Both the position numbers and the translations under genes were made by a program. The notes under the pieces were generated by a model. It was not told where the DNA came from and did not search any database. It was given only the letters and a program-made list of their open reading frames with translations. 40,000 bases of DNA, from contig NZ_JBEOKT010000001.1 of the NCBI RefSeq assembly GCF_040278685.1, positions 223,398 through 263,397 on the forward strand. The letters are read 5' to 3'. Position 1 is the stretch's first letter, and each line of letters opens with the position of its first letter. The DNA is from Pontibacter populi. Lineage in GTDB: Bacteria > Bacteroidota > Bacteroidia > Cytophagales > Hymenobacteraceae. Positions 25,986-35,441 of this stretch are shown one piece after another.

Positions 25986-26573
25986 ATGAATCGCGTTACC
26001 ACTGCCCTATTCCTGCTTATCACTCTGTTGCTATATAGTTGCCAGACAGATTATGCCACATTACCCACTTACTCCGGAGCCAGGCAATTGCAGGCTGTTA
26101 TAGAAACTCCTGCTGGCTCCAGCCAATCGGTTATTTATAACCTAAGAACAAAGGAGTTCGCGAACGAAAAATTAGCCGGGAAAGATAGAATTCTACAGTT
26201 CTTGCCTTACCCGGGTAACTATGGCTTTATACCATCTACAGAGGTTGGCGCAAACGGAAGAGGATTAAGCACCCTGGTACTGGCAGAGCGCGCCGAAAGC
26301 GGAACAGTAATGGAGGTATTGCCTATCGGAACCATTATGCTGGAAAAACCATCCGGTGATCTGTATCCTGTCATTATCTCGGTACCAGCCCGCCCAAGTG
26401 AGCGAACTATAAAAGCCACCAACTTTAAAAGCCTGACCATAGAACACCCGGTTGTCAAAAATATACTACAGCAGTGGTTTGTAAATCACACCTACCCTAA
26501 CCAGTTTAAGTTTGTAGGTTGGAAAGATGAGCAGTTTGCAGAGAAAGAGATACAGCGCTGGATGAAGTTGTAG
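25986..26573 (+). CDS. lipoprotein with inorganic-pyrophosphatase-like fold, probably catalytically degenerate
   Basis: Lipobox LYSC. The VIETPAGS and YPGNYGFIP motifs align to family I PPase, but the DGDPxD metal site reads NGRGLS. Confidence 0.6.
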   Translation: MNRVTTALFLLITLLLYSCQTDYATLPTYSGARQLQAVIETPAGSSQSVIYNLRTKEFANEKLAGKDRILQFLPYPGNYGFIPSTEVGANGRGLSTLVLAERAESGTVMEVLPIGTIMLEKPSGDLYPVIISVPARPSERTIKATNFKSLTIEHPVVKNILQQWFVNHTYPNQFKFVGWKDEQFAEKEIQRWMKL

Positions 26574-26575
26574 TT

Positions 26576-27252
26576 TTATAGTTCGTGCTGCCGCGAGTCT
26601 CCAGACTCGTGATTTAGGATAGTGTTGAGTCTCCTGACTCCATTGGCCCGGTAGGGCCAAAGCCAGTAGTAGCTTTGGCAATAATACTATAGTTGGCGTT
26701 ATCCAACCACCCCCAACCCCTCAGAGCTACGCTCGCTACCTTCAAAATCTCTTCTCGGTAGTCTAAGGCGGGGAGATTTTGCGACAATAGCTTAAATTGC
26801 TGTTATCGTTCTATAGTTGGCAAACACACCCCTACCCCTCTCAAGAGGGGAATTTCTGCTGCTGTTATAGTTGGCTTTATAGTTCTATAGTTACAGCCTG
26901 TCGAGCGGACAGGTCGCGACCTGTCCCTACGGAACTATAGCCACGATAAAGCTCGGAGCTTATCGTTTCAAACTATAGACAAACCATAACTATGAGAAAT
27001 ATCACAGTCTTTGGGTTGAGCGCCTTGTGAATATCTGGTGTCGCAGGCATTGCGACGTAGGAGCAAAAGAGATTCGCACAGCGCGATGCCCAAAGACGGG
27101 GCCTCCCGGCCGTGAGGGCACCAAAGCCTGATTGAAACGATAGGTAAGTAAAGCTCCCAGGATTAAAAGTAATTTGAAACTATGGCTTGGTTCCAGTTAG
27201 AAACATCGCAACTATAGAACTCAGATTTCTCCTTTCGTCGAAATGACAAGAG
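26576..27252 (+). repeat. ORF-less mosaic stem-loop element, copy B (~677 bp)
   Basis: Direct repeat of 22648-23352. It starts 3 nt after the stop codon at 26573. Confidence 0.8.
26961..27142 (+). ncRNA. candidate structured RNA core of element copy B (strand not established)
   Basis: 11-bp closing helix TATCGTTTCAA (26961-26971) / TTGAAACGATA (27132-27142). 9-bp helix 27007-27015 / 27089-27097. Inner hairpin GTCGCA-GGCAT-TGCGAC at 27040-27056. Confidence 0.3.
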
Positions 27253-27265
27253 AAGGCGAAAACAA

Positions 27266-27297
27266 AGAAGCCAGTTGCATTGCTGCAACTGGCTTCT
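27266..27297 (-). terminator. rho-independent terminator of the 27334..28044 gene
   Basis: 14-bp perfect stem AGAAGCCAGTTGCA / TGCAACTGGCTTCT. On the minus strand it is followed by TTTGTTTT. Confidence 0.75.
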
Positions 27298-27333
27298 GAT
27301 GTCAACTATAGCTTTAACTGCCGACTATAGCTA

Positions 27334-28044
27334 CTACTTTACTTGTAAAAGCTTAGCGCGAACAGTTTCAACAGCTTTCTCCATTTCCTGCACCTGCTGC
27401 TTGCTGGCTTCCTGCTTTTTAATGTTGTTCTGTACTTCCTGCTCCAGTTTCTTTAGGTCTTCGGCGTTCTTTACCAGTTCAGCTTCCAGTTCCAGTTTGC
27501 GTTGCTGGTTCTTGGTAATACCTGTTTGTATATCGTTGGCTTGCTTTACTACACGCTCCTGCTCCTGTTTGGTAGCTTTTAAAACTTCCTCAGCCTGGTT
27601 TATCTGTCTGAAAATATCTTCTTTGTAAGCTTTGCGAGCGAATGCCTGCATAAAACCTTCGGCGGCGGCATATTCTTTTGGCGTAGCGGCTTTATCTACA
27701 TACGCCACACCCATATCCAGCGACCACCACACATAGCTGCCTTCCGGATCGCTGCCGACCGTAGAGATAATGCGCATCGGGGTACTTGTTATAGTATCCA
27801 GCACAACACCATCCAGGGTATAAACGCCTTTGGTGTGTTTCATTTTAATTTTACCGGATTTCTCGGTGAGTTGGGCCTTCCAGAGCTTTTCTACAAAAGC
27901 GGGATCCAGCTGCACGGTTAGCTGCTGTCCTCGCCTGTTTACACCGTTCACGGTTTGCTCTTTCTCCTCTACCCGCCCGGATTGGGCATAACTCAAACCA
28001 GCTACCATACATAGTAGCCCCAGTAGTAAAGCTTTCAGTCTCAT
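27334..28044 (-). CDS. secreted protein with C-terminal coiled coil, unknown function
   Basis: Signal peptide and a K/E/Q-rich heptad-like C-terminal third. 236 aa. Confidence 0.55.
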   Translation of the reverse strand: MRLKALLLGLLCMVAGLSYAQSGRVEEKEQTVNGVNRRGQQLTVQLDPAFVEKLWKAQLTEKSGKIKMKHTKGVYTLDGVVLDTITSTPMRIISTVGSDPEGSYVWWSLDMGVAYVDKAATPKEYAAAEGFMQAFARKAYKEDIFRQINQAEEVLKATKQEQERVVKQANDIQTGITKNQQRKLELEAELVKNAEDLKKLEQEVQNNIKKQEASKQQVQEMEKAVETVRAKLLQVK

Positions 28045-28155
28045 AAATATAGGTTGGATTAAAAAATTGATACAGTTGGAATGTAACGCTACGAAAATAA
28101 CTAAATCAAATGAAAAACATCATGCTCACCCAGACTAATTTAGCTAAAAAATTGA

Positions 28156-28185
28156 TTTGCCTTTCGGCAGTACTGCCTACCTTTG
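28156..28185 (+). promoter_or_regulatory. candidate promoter (-33 TTTG, -7 TACCTTTG) for queD-folE
   Basis: TTTG at 28156-28159 and TACCTTTG at 28178-28185, with an 18-nt spacer. Confidence 0.5.
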
Positions 28186-28262
28186 CAAACTTAAAAGCAA
28201 CGTATATAATTTCTGTATCTTTGAAGGATAACAATTAGGTACCAGGAACTGTTGGTGATACT

Positions 28263-28670
28263 ATGAAAGTAACTGTTTGTCGGAAAGAACACTTTAATGC
28301 TGCCCACCGGTTGTATAATGCCCGCTGGAGCGATGAACAGAACGTGGCTGTATTTGATAAATGCAGCAACCCGAACTTCCATGGCCACAACTATGAATTG
28401 ATAGTGAAACTTACCGGACCTGTAAACGCAGAAACCGGTTATGTGTATGACCTGAAGCAACTGAGCCAGCTCCTGAAAAAGGAAGTCATCGAGCGCTTCG
28501 ACCATAAGAACCTGAACCTGGATACCGAAGAATTTAAAGAATTAAACCCCACTGCCGAAAACATCGCCATCGTGATCTGGAATATACTCCGGCCACAGAT
28601 AAGCGACACCTACGCGCTGGGAATTACACTGTATGAAACTGAACGAAACTTTGTTGAATATAATGGATAA
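28263..28670 (+). CDS. queD: 6-carboxytetrahydropterin synthase / 6-pyruvoyl-tetrahydropterin synthase
   Basis: F.AAHRL and C.N.NFHGHNY motifs and a size of 135 aa. Confidence 0.8.
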   Translation: MKVTVCRKEHFNAAHRLYNARWSDEQNVAVFDKCSNPNFHGHNYELIVKLTGPVNAETGYVYDLKQLSQLLKKEVIERFDHKNLNLDTEEFKELNPTAENIAIVIWNILRPQISDTYALGITLYETERNFVEYNG

Positions 28671-29328
28671 GCAGGACACGGAGAACGATTTTGAAGCCAT
28701 GGATGACCACATGATGAGCTCACTCGAGACACCGCTGCGTCCTGATGCTTTTGACCTGACAGACCAGGAGAAAATCACTATTATTGCCGGTCATTTTAAA
28801 GAGATTATGCACACGCTGGGCCTCGACCTGACTGATGATAGCCTGAAAGGTACGCCGCACCGCGTTGCTAAAATGTATGTGAAGGAAATTTTTCAGGGTC
28901 TGCATCCGGATAATAAGCCTGTGATCCGCCGCTTCGAGAACAAGTATATGTATAACCGTATGCTGGTGGAGCGCGACATCACATTGTATTCATCCTGCGA
29001 GCATCACTTTGTACCGATCATTGGCAAGGCGCATGTAGCCTATATCCCGGGAGAGCACGTAATTGGTTTGTCTAAGCTGAACCGAATTGTGCAGTACTAT
29101 GCCCGCCGCCCGCAGGTGCAGGAGCGTATGACCATGCAGATAGCCAATGAACTGAAGCAGGCACTGCAAACAGAAGACGTAGCCGTGCTGATAGAAGCCG
29201 ATCACCTTTGTGTAATGAGCCGTGGTGTGAACGATGTAACCAGCAGCACGATCACCGCCGAATATGGAGGACTATTCCAGGAAGAGCATTACCGCAGCGA
29301 GTTCTTAAGCCACATCCGTAAAAAATAA
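28663..29328 (+). CDS. folE: GTP cyclohydrolase I
   Basis: GTPHRVAKMY, SSCEHHFVP and RPQVQERMT motifs. The start may be ATG 28663 (8-nt overlap with queD) or ATG 28633 (38-nt overlap). Confidence 0.85.
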   Translation: MDKQDTENDFEAMDDHMMSSLETPLRPDAFDLTDQEKITIIAGHFKEIMHTLGLDLTDDSLKGTPHRVAKMYVKEIFQGLHPDNKPVIRRFENKYMYNRMLVERDITLYSSCEHHFVPIIGKAHVAYIPGEHVIGLSKLNRIVQYYARRPQVQERMTMQIANELKQALQTEDVAVLIEADHLCVMSRGVNDVTSSTITAEYGGLFQEEHYRSEFLSHIRKK

Positions 29329-29438
29329 GTATAGTTAGCACGTTATATACAGCATAAAATACGGTGTGCACAACGAAACTATACCTGTATTACGTATAGT
29401 GTACCTCCTATATAAAGCAGCTTTTTTAAAAACTGATT

Positions 29439-30356
29439 ATGCCCGAAAAAATACTCATTACAGGTGGCTCCGGCATGATAGGCACACGCCTGTCCGAGAT
29501 GCTCATCGACCAGGGTTATGAGGTGGCGCACCTAAGCAGGAACTCCAGCAAATTCTCAAAGTATAAAACGTTCCGGTGGGATGTAAAGGATAGCTACATT
29601 GATGAGAATGCCATAACCTACGCCGATTACATTATACATTTGGCAGGTGCAGGTGTAGCCGATGAAAAGTGGACAGAAGAGCGTAAACAGGAAATATTAA
29701 GAAGCCGGGTAGATAGCGCCAGTCTGCTTTATAGTTGCCTCCAGAAATCCGGGCATCATGTAAAAGGCTTTATTTCGGCATCGGCGATTGGTATTTACGG
29801 TAACTCCGGTGACCAACTGGTGTCTGAGGAAAGTATTTTAGCTGATGATTTTCTGGCTGAAGTATGCAAAGCCTGGGAAGCATCCTCGTGGCAGATAGCT
29901 AATCTGGGTTTACGAACTGTAATTTTGCGTTTAGGTATTGTACTGAGTAACATGGGTGGCGCCTTGCCGCAACTTGCCAGACCTGTAAAAATGATGGCTG
30001 GGGCACCGTTGGGTTCAGGCAAACAATTTATGTCCTGGATACATATCGACGATGCCTGTCGCTTGTTTATAAGAGCCATAGAAGACACGCAGTTTGAAGG
30101 TGTATATAATGCCGTTGCACCGCACCCGGTAACCAATAAAGAGTTTACCAAAGAGCTGGCCGAAGCCATGCACAAGCCGCTGGTTTTACCTAAAGTGCCA
30201 GAATTTGCCCTTAACCTGATGTTAGGCCAGAAAAGTGGTGTAGTGCTGGACAGCCAGCGCGTGAGTGCCAATAAAGTGCTGCAGACCGGCTTTACATTTG
30301 AGTATAATTACCTCGACGAAGCACTACATTCTTTTTATGACCAGAAAATAAATTGA
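29439..30356 (+). CDS. TIGR01777/YfcH-like NAD-dependent epimerase family protein (DUF1731)
   Basis: ILITGGSGMIG Rossmann motif, with family-typical length and C-terminus. Confidence 0.75.
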   Translation: MPEKILITGGSGMIGTRLSEMLIDQGYEVAHLSRNSSKFSKYKTFRWDVKDSYIDENAITYADYIIHLAGAGVADEKWTEERKQEILRSRVDSASLLYSCLQKSGHHVKGFISASAIGIYGNSGDQLVSEESILADDFLAEVCKAWEASSWQIANLGLRTVILRLGIVLSNMGGALPQLARPVKMMAGAPLGSGKQFMSWIHIDDACRLFIRAIEDTQFEGVYNAVAPHPVTNKEFTKELAEAMHKPLVLPKVPEFALNLMLGQKSGVVLDSQRVSANKVLQTGFTFEYNYLDEALHSFYDQKIN

Positions 30357-30371
30357 TTCAGACCTATCTAT

Positions 30372-30415
30372 AAAACAGAAGAGCCGGCTATAGTTGTAGC
30401 CGGCTCTTCTGTTTT
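30372..30415. terminator. bidirectional terminator
   Basis: Perfect 19-bp stem AAAACAGAAGAGCCGGCTA / TAGCCGGCTCTTCTGTTTT. CTATAG (30388-30393) spans the stem-loop junction. Confidence 0.85.
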
Positions 30416-30426
30416 ATACGCTATAG

Positions 30427-32796
30427 TTACTGCGAGCTGTCGGTGTTAGTACCGGAATTTAGTTGCTCCAGAATATCGAATAGTTGCAGGTTCGGGTCTA
30501 GCAATGTAGAATCGGTTTCTACTTTGCGTGGCAGTACGGTGGTGCAGCTATATTTCTTACTGATCTTGACAGATGGCCCCGGGAAACGGCCCATCGTGTA
30601 GCCCAGATCTTTATCCTGGTATATCTTCTCCATGTACAAGCCAAACACAGGCAGCGCTGTTTTAGAGCCTTCGCCTAAGTTAGAGGTACGGAAGTGGATA
30701 CTGCGGTCTTCGCCACCAACCCAAACACCGGTCACTAAGTCTTTGGTTACACCCATAAACCAACCATCCGAGTGGTTCGAGGTTGTTCCGGTCTTTCCAC
30801 CGATCTCGTTTCCTTTCCAGAGGTCATATTCCCAAAGTGCCTGCGAGGTACCGCCTGGTTCTTCAATACCGCCTTTCAGCATATGCATCATCAGGAAAGC
30901 CGTTTCTTCGCTCAATACTTTTTTCTGCTTCGGTACAAACTGGTGTATCAGGTTGCCGTTGCGGTCTTCGATGCGGGTAATGAACATGGGCTTGGTATGG
31001 AAACCGTTGTTCGGGAATGTACTGTAAGCTCCCACCATTTCGTAGATAGAAACATCGCTTGGCCCTAACCCTATAGATGGCACAGATTCCAGCGGACTTG
31101 TAATGCCCAGGCGGTGTGCATACTTCACTACCGTTTCCCAGCCTATTTTTTCGGTGAGCTGTGCGGTAACAGAGTTAACTGATTTACCCATACCACGACG
31201 GAGTGTCATGGGTGCGCCGGTATACTGCCAGTCGGCGTTTGTTGGCGACCAGGTCTTCTTCTCCCCTTTCTCTACATAGTTTATAGTGATGCGCTGGTCT
31301 ATAATTTTATCGCATGGCGAGTAACCATTATCAATAGCAGCAACATACACAAAAGGCTTAAACGTTGAACCCGGCTGACGACGTGCCTGTTTCACGTGGT
31401 CGTATTTAAAATACTTAAAGTTGATACCACCCACCCAGGCTTTAATATGGCCAGAAAACGGATCCATGGTCATCATACCGCCATGCAGGAAACGCTTATA
31501 GTAGCGCAGCGAATCCAGTGGGCTCATCGTTACTTTCTTCTCCAGCGAGTCATTATCCCAGGTAAACACCATCATTTCGCGCGGCGTATTCAGCTCACGG
31601 TTAATAGCGGCCACATCGTTTCCATGCTTTTGCTTCAGGCGCTGATAGTACGAGGTACGTTTTATAGTTTCCTCAATAAAGCCAGGTATTTCGTTATTAT
31701 TCTCATCAACCCACGGGTTTTTGCCTTGCCAATGGTTGTTAAAGCGGCGCTGCAAAGCACGCATTTGTTCTTCCATGGCCTCTTCGGCATGTTTCTGCAT
31801 CCGTGAATCTATCGTCGTATAGATCTTCAAACCATCGCGGTAAAGGTCATACCCGTTCTGCTTACACCACTCCTGCAGGTATTCAGCAACGGCGCCTCTG
31901 AAATAGGTAGCCGGGCCATCATAATGGTTCTCAACACTATAGTCCAGCACCAGCGGAACTTTGCTCAGCGAGTCGGCAGCAGCTTTGGTGATGTAGTTGT
32001 ATTTAGCCATTTGCTCCAGCACGGTGTTACGACGGCGGGTAGCATTTTCGGGATTAAAGCGTGGGCTATAGTAGGTTGGGGCTTTTAACAAACCAACAAG
32101 CGTAGCAGCCTGTTCTGTTTTAAGGCTGTCGGCTGATACGTTAAAAAATGTTTTAGACGCTACTTTTATACCAAACGAGTTTGAACCAAAATCCACGGTG
32201 TTCAGGTACATGGCCAGGATCTCTTCTTTGGTATAGCGCTGCTCCAGTTTTATGGCGGTAAGCCACTCTTTTGTTTTTGCAATAACCACGTTCAGTCCCG
32301 GAATATGGCCCAATACACCTTTAGAATCGTCGGTTCGGGTTTTGTAGAGGTTTTTGGCTAACTGTTGGGTAATGGTACTGGCTCCTCGGGCATCGCCTGT
32401 TAAACCACCATATACTGCCGAAACTATAGCCTGCGGATCGATGCCGGAGTGTTCGTAAAAACGTACGTCTTCGGTAGCAATAAGCGCCTTCAGCAGCATC
32501 GGCGACATCTTCTCGTACCCAATAGGGCTACGGTTCTCCTTAAAGTATTTACCGATCAGTTCACCATCAGAGGTGTATAGTTCAGATGCCTGATCATTAC
32601 GCGGGTTTTCCAGTTTATCCAGGCTCGGCGACGAACCAAACAGGTAAAACAGGTTAAACTCCACACTCAGCAGGTACCCGACAACTACAATAAACCCGAT
32701 AAAAAAGGTTTTCCAGGCAAAACGGATAAAGGTGCGATACGCCGAACGGTGTTTTGGCTTTTCTATTTTTTCTTGCTCTTTCAGCATTGTATGCAA
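30427..32796 (-). CDS. mrcA: penicillin-binding protein 1A (bifunctional transglycosylase/transpeptidase)
   Basis: GT51 motifs (EDxxFxxHxG, GASTITQQ, RKxxE-like) and transpeptidase motifs (STFKP, SxN, KTGTT). Confidence 0.9.
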   Translation of the reverse strand: MHTMLKEQEKIEKPKHRSAYRTFIRFAWKTFFIGFIVVVGYLLSVEFNLFYLFGSSPSLDKLENPRNDQASELYTSDGELIGKYFKENRSPIGYEKMSPMLLKALIATEDVRFYEHSGIDPQAIVSAVYGGLTGDARGASTITQQLAKNLYKTRTDDSKGVLGHIPGLNVVIAKTKEWLTAIKLEQRYTKEEILAMYLNTVDFGSNSFGIKVASKTFFNVSADSLKTEQAATLVGLLKAPTYYSPRFNPENATRRRNTVLEQMAKYNYITKAAADSLSKVPLVLDYSVENHYDGPATYFRGAVAEYLQEWCKQNGYDLYRDGLKIYTTIDSRMQKHAEEAMEEQMRALQRRFNNHWQGKNPWVDENNNEIPGFIEETIKRTSYYQRLKQKHGNDVAAINRELNTPREMMVFTWDNDSLEKKVTMSPLDSLRYYKRFLHGGMMTMDPFSGHIKAWVGGINFKYFKYDHVKQARRQPGSTFKPFVYVAAIDNGYSPCDKIIDQRITINYVEKGEKKTWSPTNADWQYTGAPMTLRRGMGKSVNSVTAQLTEKIGWETVVKYAHRLGITSPLESVPSIGLGPSDVSIYEMVGAYSTFPNNGFHTKPMFITRIEDRNGNLIHQFVPKQKKVLSEETAFLMMHMLKGGIEEPGGTSQALWEYDLWKGNEIGGKTGTTSNHSDGWFMGVTKDLVTGVWVGGEDRSIHFRTSNLGEGSKTALPVFGLYMEKIYQDKDLGYTMGRFPGPSVKISKKYSCTTVLPRKVETDSTLLDPNLQLFDILEQLNSGTNTDSSQ

Positions 32797-32848
32797 ACAG
32801 GGCTTCGGCCCTAAAAATTCCAGATGGCAGCTTCTTTCGAAACTAGTG

Positions 32849-32856
32849 CAAATATA
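32849..32856 (-). promoter_or_regulatory. candidate -7 box (TATATTTG on minus strand) for PBP1A
   Basis: The plus strand reads CAAATATA, 53 nt upstream of the start at 32796. Confidence 0.4.
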
Positions 32857-32939
32857 CTTTAAGTGTGTAACAAACGTGTTAAATAACTATAAAACTTAGT
32901 AAAGTGACTTTGAACATTATTTAATAGTAACGCGCTGCC

Positions 32940-32947
32940 TATCTTTG
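32940..32947 (+). promoter_or_regulatory. candidate -7 box (TATCTTTG)
   Basis: TAnnTTTG match 26 nt upstream of the ATG at 32973. Confidence 0.4.
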
Positions 32948-32972
32948 CCCTTATTCTCTGAAACTATACCGT

Positions 32973-33476
32973 ATGCATATGCCCGTACAAGAGGCTTTAG
33001 ATAAAATTACCGGCCTGCCCCTTACCAAAACCACACGCACCGAGCTGGTACAATATTTCCATTTTGGCAAAGCGCATTACCGCACACCTCAAGGGTTAAT
33101 TCTGGATGTAGGTGCTGTTACGCTTGCCCTGAACTGCCCCTGGCAACTGGTATTACCCAACGGCGACAGCATTAAACATAACGAAGTTTTCATGCGCAAA
33201 CGCGAAGCCGGACTACCCTCTCCAAAGTTCGACTGGAAATTACCGGGCGCTAACCTGCGCGACCAGCGCCTGCAGGAACTGATAAATGCCGGAGGAGCCA
33301 TGACGCCACAACGTTTTGAGCTGAATGAAAACAACGGCTTCACACTTTACTTCGAGTATGGTGCCAGGCTTATTGTTACCCCAGATACTACAAAAGAACA
33401 GGAACTATACTGGCAAATCTTCAGCAACACCGACGATAACTATAGTTTTATAGTTGGGAGTAAAACTAAGAAGTAA
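32973..33476 (+). CDS. hypothetical protein
   Basis: 167-aa ORF with coding-like composition. I recognise no family. Confidence 0.5.
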   Translation: MHMPVQEALDKITGLPLTKTTRTELVQYFHFGKAHYRTPQGLILDVGAVTLALNCPWQLVLPNGDSIKHNEVFMRKREAGLPSPKFDWKLPGANLRDQRLQELINAGGAMTPQRFELNENNGFTLYFEYGARLIVTPDTTKEQELYWQIFSNTDDNYSFIVGSKTKK

Positions 33477-33526
33477 GCCTTGATCAGATTATAGTTTTAA
33501 AGTCTATAGTTCGCATTGAGTGTCAG

Positions 33527-33574
33527 CGAGTCTGGAGACTCGTACACACCCTACGTCACAAATTCGGAGATTTG
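33527..33574. repeat. hairpin cassettes related to the mosaic element (inverted orientation)
   Basis: CGAGTCTGGAGACTCG (33527-33542) is the exact reverse complement of the cassette at 22671-22686 and 26594-26609. A second weak hairpin, CAAAT..ATTTG, lies at 33559-33574. Confidence 0.6.
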
Positions 33575-33653
33575 CGCCAGTACAAAAACTATAGCAGGTA
33601 ACCTAACCATAACTAAACAGCCGGATGCGCAGTATGTGCAATAAAAAAAGTAC

Positions 33654-34436
33654 TTGAACATCCGGCTGCAACTTTTTGAACTCGAGGACCAGCGTTGGTT
33701 CCCGCACGTGATCCGGCAAGGCATGCTGGATTTTTTGCGTTTTATGATCTCGAAACTGGGTGCTTATGAGGCGACCCTGCCCCTGCTACAAGAACTGCTA
33801 ACTAAAACCAAGCAAACACACATAACAGACCTTTGCTCCGGTGCCGGCGGCGGAATAGAAACCATACAGAAAGGCCTTAGCCAGCGCATGGGCCAAACGA
33901 TACACGTCACCCTCTCCGACCTTTACCCGAACATCAGTACTTACCAATATCTGCAAACGCAATCCGGCGGAACTATAGATTTTATACCTGAGCCTATAGA
34001 TGCTACTGCTGTGCCCGAAACTATAACCGGCGTGCGCACTATTTTTTCATCGTTCCACCACTTTCCGCCAACTATAGCCCAACGCATTTTGCAGGACGCC
34101 GCCGACAAGCGTGCAGCCATCGGCATATTTGAGGGAGCTCAGAAAAGCTGGGTTGAGATGATCTTACTATGGCTGGCCTTTCCTATAGTTATAGTTTTAG
34201 TTACGCCTTTCATCCGGCCATTTAAGCTCAGCAGGCTGTTTTTCACGTACATCATTCCTCTTATACCTATTGGCATTATCTGGGATGGCACCGTATCATT
34301 GTTGCGCATTTATACGCCAACACACCTGCAACAAATGCTGCAAACTATAAAAGCTCCAAACTATACCTGGCAAACCGGACGCGTCGGCAACAAACCCGGC
34401 AAGCACGTTATTTACCTAATCGGGTATCCTAATTAA
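33654..34436 (+). CDS. class I SAM-dependent methyltransferase with C-terminal membrane helices
   Basis: DLCSGAGGG SAM-binding motif, an FELEDQRWFP N-terminus and two hydrophobic helices near the C-terminus. TTG start. Confidence 0.65.
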   Translation: MNIRLQLFELEDQRWFPHVIRQGMLDFLRFMISKLGAYEATLPLLQELLTKTKQTHITDLCSGAGGGIETIQKGLSQRMGQTIHVTLSDLYPNISTYQYLQTQSGGTIDFIPEPIDATAVPETITGVRTIFSSFHHFPPTIAQRILQDAADKRAAIGIFEGAQKSWVEMILLWLAFPIVIVLVTPFIRPFKLSRLFFTYIIPLIPIGIIWDGTVSLLRIYTPTHLQQMLQTIKAPNYTWQTGRVGNKPGKHVIYLIGYPN

Positions 34437-34501
34437 TTTTGAATAACTGAATATTGGATGAGTGATTGTGCTGTAGCTGATTATTATTAACTGCTAACTA
34501 A

Positions 34502-35377
34502 ATGAAACCCTACCGCGACGCGCTTACTTTAATGCGAATACCTTTTTCAGTGTACCTGATGCCGGTATTCTGGTTTGCGCTTAGTGCGTTGCAGCAGGTT
34601 GATGTAAGCAGGGCTATAGTTGTTTTCCTGATTTTGCATTTACTGGTTTACCCGGCCAGCAACGGCTACAACTCTTATTACGACCGCGACGAAGGCAGCA
34701 TTGGTGGTTTGAAACATCCGCCTAAAGTTAACCGCGAATTGATGCATTTAGTGTTGATTTTTGATGTGCTGGCTGTGTTGCTGTCTATCTTTTTATCTCC
34801 CTTGTTCGCTGCGTTAGTGGCCTTGTACCTGCTCATTTCCAAAGCCTATAGTTACGAAGGCATCCGGCTCAAAAAGTACCCGATCATCAGTACTATAGTT
34901 GTTACTTTTTTCCAAGGGGCGTTTACGTTTGCGATGGTGCAGGTCGGTGTTGGCTTGAAACTACAGGAAGTGATGCAGATGCCTAATGCAGGTTTTGCTA
35001 TAGTTAGCACGTTGTTTCTGAGCGGCTCTTACCCGCTCACCCAAATTTATCAGCACGATGAAGACAGCCAGCGCGGTGATATAACGATAAGTTTGCTGCT
35101 TGGCATTACGGGTACTTATATTTTTGCAGCAGTCAGTTTGTTGCTCGGTACCGGTGTTTTGCTTTGGTTGTACTATACTACCGACCAGTTTCAGAACATC
35201 ATCATCTTTTTGATAGCTACGGCACCTATCCTCTACTATTTTACCAACTGGGCAATTAGCGCCTCCCGAAACAAAACCTTGGTGAACTATGAAAACACCA
35301 TGCACATGAACAAAATATCTTCTGTGTGCATTAGCCTGGCATTTATAACTATGCTGGTGTTTGAGGCTGTTTACTAA
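34502..35377 (+). CDS. UbiA-family prenyltransferase
   Basis: Polytopic membrane protein with two Asp-rich motifs (NGYNSYYDRDED-like and YQHDEDSQRGD). Confidence 0.75.
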   Translation: MKPYRDALTLMRIPFSVYLMPVFWFALSALQQVDVSRAIVVFLILHLLVYPASNGYNSYYDRDEGSIGGLKHPPKVNRELMHLVLIFDVLAVLLSIFLSPLFAALVALYLLISKAYSYEGIRLKKYPIISTIVVTFFQGAFTFAMVQVGVGLKLQEVMQMPNAGFAIVSTLFLSGSYPLTQIYQHDEDSQRGDITISLLLGITGTYIFAAVSLLLGTGVLLWLYYTTDQFQNIIIFLIATAPILYYFTNWAISASRNKTLVNYENTMHMNKISSVCISLAFITMLVFEAVY

Positions 35378-35441
35378 CTATAATGCCTATAGTACAACTA
35401 TGCTATGCAATTGCGTATAAGGGAAAAATTAAAAGTCATAC

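Noticed and set aside
22648-27252. Composite transposon or genomic island delimited by the two direct repeats
   Set aside because: The enclosed genes are the universally syntenic rpsP-rimM-trmD-rplS core. There is no transposase, integrase, tRNA attachment site or target-site duplication.
28186-28262. Riboswitch upstream of queD-folE (preQ1 or THF); similar checks upstream of panB and serS
   Set aside because: The leaders are short, at 25-80 nt. I could not recognise conserved cores of the preQ1, THF or T-box classes. T-boxes are not expected in Bacteroidota.
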